Positions 23,958 to 32,443 of a stretch of DNA of 64,000 nt are shown one piece after another. The translations under genes and the position numbers were made by a program. Numbering within the stretch: the stretch's first letter is position 1; each line of letters opens with the position of its first letter. The DNA comes from an uncultured Chloroflexia bacterium. Its GTDB lineage: Bacteria > Chloroflexota > Anaerolineae > Fen-1058. The notes beneath the pieces are model-generated. The model worked only from the letters and a program-made list of their open reading frames with translations. It did no database searches and had not been told where the DNA came from. The stretch spans positions 8,096 through 72,095 of the forward strand of contig CAWJPR010000001.1 of NCBI GenBank assembly GCA_963844815.1, in the 5' to 3' direction.

Positions 23958-26202
23958 CATGCGAGGGGCGTGGATTGAAACATCCTGTCATCGCCTGTGC
24001 TGACCGGCCATAGGGTCGCCCCTCATGCGAGGGGCGTGGATTGAAACAATAACGGAGTTCGCAAGAACATCAATCTGACCGGTCGCCCCTCATGCGAGGG
24101 GCGTGGATTGAAACTGAGCAGCCCCGCGTCCTGCCGCTAGAATGCACCCGTCGCCCCTCATGCGAGGGGCGTGGATTGAAACTGCTTGAATCGATGAAGG
24201 GCAAATTCGGCGGCATGTCGCCCCTCATGCGAGGGGCGTGGATTGAAACCCGTTCGAGCCGTTCACCATCAGCAAGAAACTCCTGTCGCCCCTCATGCGA
24301 GGGGCGTGGATTGAAACATCGGGCGTGACGTTCGCCAATAAACCCGATGGGCGCCCGGGTCGCCCCTCATGCGAGGGGCGTGGATTGAAACAATCATCCC
24401 AGCGAAACGCAGGGCGCGTATCGCCTGTCGCCCCTCATGCGAGGGGCGTGGATTGAAACCGAGAGTCGCAGCGCGTCGAGTAGATCGGTTACTGGTCGCC
24501 CCTCATGCGAGGGGCGTGGATTGAAACCACCTCGATCCCGCTGATGTGCGTTGGGAAACAGTCGCCCCTCATGCGAGGGGCGTGGATTGAAACTTTACGC
24601 TGCTCTTGCGCCATGTTGCCCCGTTCGTGTCGCCCCTCATGCGAGGGGCGTGGATTGAAACAGCAATTTGTCGCCGGCGACGCAGCAGACGATTGGTCGC
24701 CCCTCGCATGGAGGGGCGTGGATTGAAACTTTCTGGAACGGCCGCGCATCGCACCAGGATCGCGTCGCCCCTCATGCGAGGGGCGTGGATTGAAACACAT
24801 ACCGTTACGCTCGTAAACGTCGATACGCTTCTGTCGCCCCTCATGCGAGGGGCGTGGATTGAAACCTTCGACATCGGTCTTAAAGTATGGCCTGACATCG
24901 TCGCCCCTCATGCGAGGGGCGTGGATTGAAACGTTCGCGCTCTGTTGCGTGGTCTGTGGCGTCATGTCGCCCCTCATGCGAGGGGCGTGGATTGAAACCC
25001 CCGTGTAGGGGTCAAAGGTCGCCCGGATCGGGCGTCGCCCCTCATGCGAGGGGCGTGGATTGAAACCCCCGTGTAGGGGTCAAAGGTCGCCCGGATGGGC
25101 GTCGCCCCTCATGCGAGGGGCGTGGATTGAAACAGCTTGCGCAATCTGTCTATGACTCTCTGAAGCGTCGCCCCTCATGCGAGGGGCGTGGATTGAAACG
25201 GCTTACAATCCTGTCTCGTCCATAGGGTATCGCGTCGCCCCTCATGCGAGGGGCGTGGATTGAAACTGTGCGCGGCGCTCTAGCGCCTGCTGCCATCGGG
25301 TCGCCCCTCATGCGAGGGGCGTGGATTGAAACCGCGCGCAGCGCGCACCAGCGGGGCGGGGACAAGTCGCCCCTCATGCGAGGGGCGTGGATTGAAACCG
25401 CCGCTCTGCCGTTTCCGTGCCGCTTTGTCGTGTCGCCCCTCATGCGAGGGGCGTGGATTGAAACAACGCCGAGCTCTCACCGCAGGAACTCGAAGACGTC
25501 GCCCCTCATGCGAGGGGCGTGGATTGAAACGCAATTGTCTACCATCAACAGCGCAATTGAAACTTGTCGCCCCTCATGCGAGGGGCGTGGATTGAAACGC
25601 GCTGGAAAAGCGCATCAAATCACACCCGCCTAGTCGCCCCTCATGCGAGGGGCGTGGATTGAAACCTGTCGATGCGGCCGGGGCCTGAATGGGCAGGCCG
25701 TCGCCCCTCATGCGAGGGGCGTGGATTGAAACACAGAGGCGTGAGACGGATGTGGCGGTGCGGCGGAAGTCGCCCCTCATGCGAGGGGCGTGGATTGAAA
25801 CCCACGTCACTCCCCGCCCCCATCACCGCCTTACTGTCGCCCCTCATGCGAGGGGCGTGGATTGAAACGCGGCATGGTCGAGAGCATCGCCGAAGATCGT
25901 GCGTCGCCCCTCATGCGAGGGGCGTGGATTGAAACGCGGCATGGTCGAGTAGCAATCGCGACGATCGTGCGTCGCCCCTCATGCGAGGGGCGTGGATTGA
26001 AACTTCACGCGTTCGGCTGCCAGGCACGCGATCGCGAGTCGCCCCTCATGCGAGGGGCGTGGATTGAAACTGCGGCGTGCAGATTGGTCTCGCGCGGCTT
26101 CGACGTCGCCCCTCATGCGAGGGGCGTGGATTGAAACATCGCGATACGCGACGCTGGAGCAGCTGGCGAGTCGCCCCTCATGCGAGGGGCGTGGATTGAA
26201 AC
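23958..26202 (+). CRISPR. CRISPR array part 2: the remainder of the split repeat plus 33 full repeats. One variant repeat sits at 24696..24729. The last repeat (26170..26202) is perfect
   Basis: Same 33-nt repeat. Adjacent near-identical spacers at ~24999 and ~25067. Adjacent related spacers at 25869 and 25936. The variant repeat GTCGCCCCTCGCATGGAGGGGCGTGGATTGAAAC keeps the stem. Confidence 0.95.
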
Positions 26203-26317
26203 GCGGAGGCCGGATTGCTCTGATCATCACAAGACAATAGGATGAAGTCGGGTGGCGGCATACGCCCATGTGCTATGATTAATTGGAGGAGATATCAGCA
26301 CCGGGGGAGATGATTAT

Positions 26318-26584
26318 ATGAGCATAGGTTCTGCTGCCGCCGCCAGCATCGGGGGATTGTGGGATGTGTTTGACCGCTGCGCAGCCGTCATCAACGATCA
26401 GATTGCGCGCCTGTCGGAACTGGATCATGAGGACGCCGACAGCATGGTGGATTACACCATGATCGAGGGCGAGCTGGTCGAGCTGGGCGGCCGCGAGGAA
26501 TCGGTTGAAATGCTGGAGGCGGCCATGATTGAACTGGACAACATCCGATTGCTGTGCCAGCGCGTGGAAGCCACCATACCGTGA
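26318..26584 (+). CDS. Hypothetical small acidic, probably coiled-coil protein, immediately distal to the CRISPR array
   Basis: 88 aa; good RBS (gggggagatgattatATG); no known domain. Confidence 0.4.
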   Translation: MSIGSAAAASIGGLWDVFDRCAAVINDQIARLSELDHEDADSMVDYTMIEGELVELGGREESVEMLEAAMIELDNIRLLCQRVEATIP

Positions 26585-26612
26585 TCGGGATCCGGCGCGG
26601 AGAAAAACAGCC

Positions 26613-26668
26613 GACGACTGACAACTGACTACTGACCACTGACCACTGACTACTGACACTGACTACGG
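26613..26668. repeat. Heptanucleotide tandem array (TGACNAC x8)
   Basis: tgacaac tgactac tgaccac tgaccac tgactac tgacac tgactac. Confidence 0.7.
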
Positions 26669-26756
26669 ATGGCTGAAAACGTGACAACTGGCAAAAATGG
26701 GCTATACTGAATGAAGCGACACTGATGCGCAGTCATCGATTACTTAGCCGGTATTC

Positions 26757-27911
26757 ATGAAAGGAGCCACCATGTCCCCGCAGCGACATCCTATCGAATG
26801 CATTCTTCCCCCGCACATGCTCAACGAGATCGCCAAAAACGGCACGCCCGCACAGCAGGTGTCCGCCGAGAAAACGCTGCTGGCCTCGGCCGCGCTGCGT
26901 GGAAAGCGCGCGATCCTCACCGACTATCCGCGGATGGCCGCTTCGGCCACCGCCGCCGGAAGATCCCGGATCGTCTACAGCGCCGATAACGGATCGAACT
27001 TGCCCGGCCGGCAGGTGCGCACTGAGGGCGACCCGCCCACGGGCGATGCGGCGACCGACGAGGCGTACGACGGCGCCGGCGCGACCTATGATCTGTACAA
27101 GGATATCTACGCGCGCAACTCCATCGACGGCAACGGCCTGCGGCTCGACTCGACGGTGCACTATCAGAAGAACTACGATAACGCCTTCTGGGACGGCCAG
27201 CAGATGGTCTACGGCGACGGCGACGGGGATCTGTTCAACCGCTTCACGATCTCGATCGACGTGATCGGGCACGAGTTGACCCACGGCGTCACCCAGTACG
27301 AAGCCAAGCTCGTCTACAGCAATCAACCGGGCGCGCTGAACGAATCGATGTCGGACGTGTTCGGCTCGCTGGTCAAGCAGCGCCAGCTCGGCCAGACTGC
27401 GGCCCAGGCCGACTGGCTGATCGGGGCGGGGCTGTTCACCGCCAAGGTCAACGGCGTGGCGCTGCGCTCGATGAAGGCGCCCGGCACGGCCTACGACGAT
27501 CCCGTGCTCGGCAAGGACCCGCAGCCCGCGCACATGCGCGACTACGTGAACACGCTCAGCGATAACGGCGGCGTCCACATCAACTCCGGCATCCCCAACC
27601 ACGCCTTCTACCTCGCGGCGCTGGAGCTGGGCGGCAATGCCTGGGAGAAAGCCGGCCGCATCTGGTACGTCACCCTGCGCGACAAGCTGGGCATCAACTC
27701 GCAATTCAAGGACTGCGCGCAGCTGACCTACCAGGTGGCGGGTGAATTGTACGGCCAGAACAGCCTGGAGCAGCAGGCCGTGCGCAAGGGCTGGGATGGC
27801 GTCGGCATCAGCGTCGACACGGGCGGTGGCGGCACTTCCGGTTGTCTATTATCCGCGCTCGGGATGGCCAGCCTGTTATTCGGCAAGGACAAGACGCAGA
27901 ACAAAGCGTGA
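26757..27911 (+). CDS. M4 (thermolysin/protealysin-like) zinc metallopeptidase
   Basis: HEXXH at VIGHELTHGV; downstream NESMSDVFG (Glu-x3-Asp). 384 aa with a short propeptide-like N-terminus; RBS aaaggag. Confidence 0.85.
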   Translation: MKGATMSPQRHPIECILPPHMLNEIAKNGTPAQQVSAEKTLLASAALRGKRAILTDYPRMAASATAAGRSRIVYSADNGSNLPGRQVRTEGDPPTGDAATDEAYDGAGATYDLYKDIYARNSIDGNGLRLDSTVHYQKNYDNAFWDGQQMVYGDGDGDLFNRFTISIDVIGHELTHGVTQYEAKLVYSNQPGALNESMSDVFGSLVKQRQLGQTAAQADWLIGAGLFTAKVNGVALRSMKAPGTAYDDPVLGKDPQPAHMRDYVNTLSDNGGVHINSGIPNHAFYLAALELGGNAWEKAGRIWYVTLRDKLGINSQFKDCAQLTYQVAGELYGQNSLEQQAVRKGWDGVGISVDTGGGGTSGCLLSALGMASLLFGKDKTQNKA

Positions 27912-27916
27912 CACAG

Positions 27917-28036
27917 TCTCGCGCGGTCCTCTCGATGCTGAGCATTCTGATGCGGAGTGAAACGCAGTCCGAAGAATGCTCAGCGCGGTGTGCTGGGCGA
28001 GGCAGATCTGGCCCGGGGAAGAGAGGACCGCGCAGG
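27917..28036 (+). promoter_or_regulatory. Nested inverted repeats between the protease and the downstream small gene
   Basis: GCGCGGTCCTCTC (27917-29) pairs with GAGAGGACCGCGC (28024-36). GATGCTGAGCATTC (27930-43) pairs with GAATGCTCAGC (27981-91). Confidence 0.3.
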
Positions 28037-28052
28037 CAAAGGTTGGATAGAC

Positions 28053-28370
28053 ATGCGCATAGATTACGAGCGAACCGGCGGCTTCGCGGGGATGCGTCTG
28101 GCGGCCCAGATCGACACCGCCGCGCTGCCGGCGGATCAGGCCAGGGCGCTGCACGACTCGATCGAAGCGGCGCACTTCTTCGATCTCCCGGCCAGGATCC
28201 CCGCGGCCCCCAAGGTTGCCGATCAATTTCACTACCACGTGGCGATGGAAGCCGAGGGCAAACGGCACACGGTCGATGTGGGCGAGGCGTCGGCTTCCCC
28301 CGCGCTGCAAGAACTGCTGCAGCAGTTGACGGTGCTGGCGCGCGAAGCGCGCTCCGCGCGCAGCAAGTAG
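28053..28370 (+). CDS. Small protein downstream of the M4 peptidase; candidate emfourin-like protealysin inhibitor
   Basis: ~105 aa from MRIDYERTGGFAGMRL.... Operon position matches the protealysin-emfourin gene pairs described for M4 peptidases. Family assignment by position and size only. Confidence 0.4.
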   Translation: MRIDYERTGGFAGMRLAAQIDTAALPADQARALHDSIEAAHFFDLPARIPAAPKVADQFHYHVAMEAEGKRHTVDVGEASASPALQELLQQLTVLAREARSARSK

Positions 28371-28419
28371 CTGGCCGCGTCACACCGCGCCAGTCAGAGG
28401 CAGAGATTTCTCAGCCCTG

Positions 28420-28795
28420 CGGGCTTCGAAATGACACGCGTGGTTGCGCTTGTCATTCCCGCGCGCTTTTTAGTGGGAATCCAGGTGTTACGAGACGTAC
28501 AGCGCGTAGCGCGGTGTCATTCCGAGCGAAGCGAGGAATCTCTCGCAGCACGGCTAAGATTCCTCGTCGCACACTACGCTCCTCGGAATGACACGTCAAC
28601 AGCGTGGATGCCTGACACGCCCTGTCCGCGCTTTTTGCGCGGGGGCGCGCTTGGCGAAGGCACTCGGGGGCACACCTGCACCCACTGGCGTGCAGTGCGG
28701 TGTAACGGCGCGCCACGGTCACCCCGTCACTCTGTCACCCCTTCATCTTGTCATCCTGTCACACTTGCACCTGCGCTGCAAGTGCAGGTATCCCT
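28420..28795. repeat. Cluster of dispersed palindromic repeat elements: GTCATTCCGAGCGAAGCGAGGAATC-type hairpins, 8-nt periodic GTCANNNN/CCCTTCAT runs, and a CACTTGCACCTGCGC...GCAAGTGCAGGT hairpin
   Basis: Related copies at 41000-41110, 54589-54706 and 56561-56675. Translation gives the ...SFRAKRGISRS... motif. Confidence 0.6.
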
Positions 28796-29866
28796 TCATC
28801 CCTTCATCCCTTCATCCTCTGCCGCGTCCCTGGCCGAGCGCCCGAACGTCTCCAACTGATCGCGCACCTTCTCCGCCGCCGTGTACGGCGCGTAAATCCG
28901 GCGCGTGGTGCTGATGTCGGCGTGCCCCAGATACGCTTGCAGCACGTCCAGATCCATGCCTTCGTGTAATAACTGCTGCGCGCGGAAATGCCGGAAGGCG
29001 TGCGGCGAGGTGCCTTTGAACAGCCCCAGTTCACTTGCCGCCTTCTTCACCACCGCCCACAACGTGCCGCGCCCCAGCGTCTTGCCCACGTCGCGCCCGT
29101 GCGACACAAACAGCCCCGGCGATCGATCGCCGATCCGATCGCGCTCCCGGCAGTAGGCCGCAATCGCTTGCCGCGCCTCCTTCGTCAGCAGCAGCAGGCG
29201 ATCCTTGCTGCCCTTGCCCGTGATGCGCACCTCGGCTTTGCGTCCATCCAACACCATCTCGCGTGTGAGCGAGGCCACTTCGCTGACGCGGCCGGCGGAG
29301 GCATACAGGGTGTGCACGATGGCCCTGGCGCGCAGAATCTGCAGCCGCTTGATCTGTCCGCGTTTCTCGTCGGGAGCGGGCAGGGGGATGGCGTCGTAGT
29401 AAGTCACGATGCGCGGAATGCCGGGATCGGGCTCGCGCCCGGCTCTAACCGTTCGACGCGACCCGCGCGCCGCCTTCAGACGATTGACCGCTTTGCCGAC
29501 CTGAAATCCTGATGACAAATAATCGTTCGCATCGAGCCAGATCAGAAATCGCTTCACGGCGGCGAGGTAGTTCTCCTGCGAAGCGGGCGAATAGCGCCGC
29601 TTCAACAGCCAATCTTGAAATTTCAACAGCAGGTCATCGCGAAACTTCGCCGGCGAATACGGAGAGGGCAGGGGGATGTATTTCGTGTCGGCGATGAATC
29701 TAGCCAGGCCCATCAGCCCAAAGCGATACGTTGCCGCTGTGCGCGGGCTGGTCATGATCGTGGCAATGAAAGCCTCGGCATATTCAATCTCCGGAGCGGG
29801 CTGCGTGCTTTTGTCCGGAGAGGGCTTTCGAGAGGTGGAAGGGCGTTTAGGCTTCGTCTTAGCCAA
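28796..29866 (-). CDS. Tyrosine-type site-specific recombinase/integrase
   Basis: 356 aa; C-terminal catalytic block HAFRHFRAQQLLHEGMDLDVLQAYLGHADISTTRRIYAPY; N-terminal SAM-like domain. Confidence 0.85.
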   Translation of the reverse strand: MAKTKPKRPSTSRKPSPDKSTQPAPEIEYAEAFIATIMTSPRTAATYRFGLMGLARFIADTKYIPLPSPYSPAKFRDDLLLKFQDWLLKRRYSPASQENYLAAVKRFLIWLDANDYLSSGFQVGKAVNRLKAARGSRRTVRAGREPDPGIPRIVTYYDAIPLPAPDEKRGQIKRLQILRARAIVHTLYASAGRVSEVASLTREMVLDGRKAEVRITGKGSKDRLLLLTKEARQAIAAYCRERDRIGDRSPGLFVSHGRDVGKTLGRGTLWAVVKKAASELGLFKGTSPHAFRHFRAQQLLHEGMDLDVLQAYLGHADISTTRRIYAPYTAAEKVRDQLETFGRSARDAAEDEGMKG

Positions 29867-29910
29867 GGTCGATTTCCAAGATTATAGTTTTGGACTTAAG
29901 GTGCATTAAG

Positions 29911-30407
29911 TCATATTATACCAGATTTTGGAAAATTGGTCTTGGCGTGCTCACCGAAGACGATTCCGGCTAATTGGTCGTAGGCTTGTGCGGCCTCTTC
30001 GGCTGAATCGAATAAGACCCGTATTGACATCACCCATTTTCCAGATTTCCTGTCGAACGTTACACCTTTATAACCGGTCTGATTGTTGCGCCCTCTGCTG
30101 CGATTCTGGCGGTTTTGTTGCACCGTCACAAGCCTAAGATTTTCGCGGCGATTGTCCAGCCCATTGCCATTGACATGATCCACCTCAATCCCTCAGGCGC
30201 ATTGAGGATCTCCCGATGCATGAGAATGGTTTTGCCAGATCGATTGTCATTACGCATGGCATAACCGCCATTTCGCCGCTGTGTGCTGACCGCGCTCCAG
30301 TTCCACTGGCTGAGCCATTCGTAGTCTTCATCGCTGACCAGAGCGACCAAACCCCTATTCCTCGAATTGCGCCGTTTTTGCTGCGATAGCGGAATCTGCT
30401 TTGCCAT
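29911..30407 (-). pseudogene. HNH endonuclease with AP2-type DNA-binding domain (homing-endonuclease-like), one frameshift near 30180
   Basis: N-terminal part VALVSDEDYEWLSQWNWS...ILMHREILNAPEGL (30126..30407). C-terminal part DHVNGNGLDNRRENLRLVT + GYKGVTFDRKSGKWVMSIRV...AEEAAQAYDQ (29911..30183) is in another frame. Confidence 0.7.
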
Positions 30408-30585
30408 AGCACTCCTTATAAGGCGAAATTGTAGACCATGGACCTGTATGAGTCAACAAGCGCGCAATTGACAGTGCGTGACGAATCAGTGATAATCGCG
30501 CAGAATGAAATGGGCTTGCCTGTTTAGAACATTTGTGCTATATTTCAATCCAATCTCTAATCGCTAACTTCCAACATCCAGAACC

Positions 30586-31014
30586 ATGAGCCGCATCACA
30601 CATATCGACGGAACACCCACCCAACAACGCAACGCCATCCGCCGCTCCATCGCCGAGATTCTGCGCCGCCTGATGGACAAGCGCAGCATCGACGACGAGA
30701 CGAAGGACATGCTGGCCTTCATCGTGTTCGGCCTGCGCAGCATGGATCAATCGATCGATCAGTCGGCCACCGCCTGGGAAAAGCGCGACTATTATCTCAA
30801 AGCCGATCAGTTCCGCCGCGAATGGTTGTGGCTGCCCGATACCGCCAGACGGCTGGAGGAGATTCTGCGCAGCGGCGATTGGGCCACCGCCCCGATCGAG
30901 CTGGCCGGCCTCTCGGCGCGCTTCTCGGACATCAAGGTCACCACCTACACCAAGCCCCCTGCCCTGTGGCAAGGCGCGTACCAGAAACTGCTGGCCGCCA
31001 AACCTGTCAGGTGA
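30586..31014 (+). CDS. Hypothetical protein; stop lies 23 nt before the dinB start
   Basis: 142 aa, no recognisable domain. Confidence 0.4.
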   Translation: MSRITHIDGTPTQQRNAIRRSIAEILRRLMDKRSIDDETKDMLAFIVFGLRSMDQSIDQSATAWEKRDYYLKADQFRREWLWLPDTARRLEEILRSGDWATAPIELAGLSARFSDIKVTTYTKPPALWQGAYQKLLAAKPVR

Positions 31015-31036
31015 GCCGCCAGCAGATCGAACCGAG

Positions 31037-32251
31037 GTGAATACCGTGGCTCACCTGACAGGTTTCGATCGCACGATTCTGCACGTCGATCTGGATGCCT
31101 TCTTTGTTTCAGTCGAGCTGCTGGAGCGGCCCGATCTGCGCGGCCAACCCGTGGCGGTGGGCGGCCGTGCCGATGAGCGCGGCGTGATCTCCTCAGCCTC
31201 CTACGAAGCGCGCCGGTTCGGCGTTCGCTCGGCTCTGCCCACCCGCGCGGCCTTTCAACTCTGCCCCCAACTCATCCTGCTCCCCGCCCGGCACGACCAT
31301 TACGCGCAGCACTCGCGCCGCATCATGGCGGCGCTGCGCGAGATCACGCCGCAGGTCGAGCAGATCTCCATCGACGAAGCGTTCCTCGATATAACCGGCA
31401 CCGAGCTGCGCTATGGATCGCCGGAGCAGCTCGCGCGCCTGCTGCACGATCGCATTCGCGACGAGTTCGGGCTGCCATGCTCCATCGGCGTGGCCAGCAA
31501 TAAACTCGTGGCCAAGATCGCCACGGAACAGGCCAAGCCCAACAACCTGCGCCTTGTGCCTGCCGGCGAAGAAGCAGCGTTTCTCGCTCCGCTGCCCGTG
31601 CGCGCCCTGTGGGGCGTCGGCCCCAAGACGGCCGAGATCCTCAAGAGCCTCGGCCTCGAAACGATCGGGCAGATCGCGCAGGCGCGGCCGGATGCGTTAG
31701 CCTCGCGGCTGGGCCAGCGCGGCGCGGATGATCTCCTGCGCCGCGCTCACGGTCTCGACGATTCGCCCGTCGAAGATGAACGCGTGGTGAAACAGATCAG
31801 CCAGGAGACGACTTTCACTAAAGACATCGCCGACGTGAAGCGGCTGCGCGCCGTCCTGCTGGAATTGAGCGAGGGCGTGGGCCTGCGGCTGCGTGAAGAC
31901 GATCTGAGCGCGCGCACGATTGCGGTCAAGCTGCGTTACGGCGACTTCACGACCTTCACGCGCCAGACCACCCTGCCCCGGCCGACCCAGCTCGATCAAG
32001 ATATCTTCGAGCTGGCGTGGACGCTGTTCGAGCGCCATTGGAATAAGCGCGCGGTGCGCTTGATTGGCGTTGCGGCGCGGCACTTGAGCCCGTCTGCGCG
32101 CCAGCTCGAGTTATTCGAGCAGAGGGACGATCGGGCCGATCGCCTCACCCGCGCCGTCGACGATATCCGTCACAAGTACGGCGCCGAATCGCTGAAGCGC
32201 GGCTCGACCCTGCGCCCGCCTAAAAAGGGCAATGTGCCGAAGATTGTGTAG
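31037..32251 (+). CDS. dinB: DNA polymerase IV (Y-family)
   Basis: ILHVDLDAFFVSVE, SIDEAFLDIT, polymerase IV little-finger region; 404 aa. Confidence 0.9.
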   Translation: MNTVAHLTGFDRTILHVDLDAFFVSVELLERPDLRGQPVAVGGRADERGVISSASYEARRFGVRSALPTRAAFQLCPQLILLPARHDHYAQHSRRIMAALREITPQVEQISIDEAFLDITGTELRYGSPEQLARLLHDRIRDEFGLPCSIGVASNKLVAKIATEQAKPNNLRLVPAGEEAAFLAPLPVRALWGVGPKTAEILKSLGLETIGQIAQARPDALASRLGQRGADDLLRRAHGLDDSPVEDERVVKQISQETTFTKDIADVKRLRAVLLELSEGVGLRLREDDLSARTIAVKLRYGDFTTFTRQTTLPRPTQLDQDIFELAWTLFERHWNKRAVRLIGVAARHLSPSARQLELFEQRDDRADRLTRAVDDIRHKYGAESLKRGSTLRPPKKGNVPKIV

Positions 32252-32443
32252 TTTCCCCGCAGTTAAACTGCGGACGAACGAATTTACACAAGATTTGGCA
32301 TGCCGCCCAAAAGCAGGGCGCACCCAAAAGGCAGGGTGCGTAGATTTCGCATAGCGTTTTTTCTTTTCAAGAAACATTAAGATAATCGCACTCACACGCT
32401 GTATTGTCTACGCGAAGCGCTCGCCGCGTGCTACAATGATCTT

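Noticed and set aside
20641-26269. Many 60-160-aa ORFs with MRGAWIET / SPLMRGAWIETR / FNPRPSHEGR motifs
   Set aside because: These are translations of the CRISPR repeat in three frames on both strands, not genes.
28380-30585. tRNA or tmRNA gene as integration target next to the integrase
   Set aside because: No cloverleaf-compatible segment with T-loop (GTTCGAATC-like) or CCA context was seen. The GC-rich structures there are dispersed repeat hairpins.
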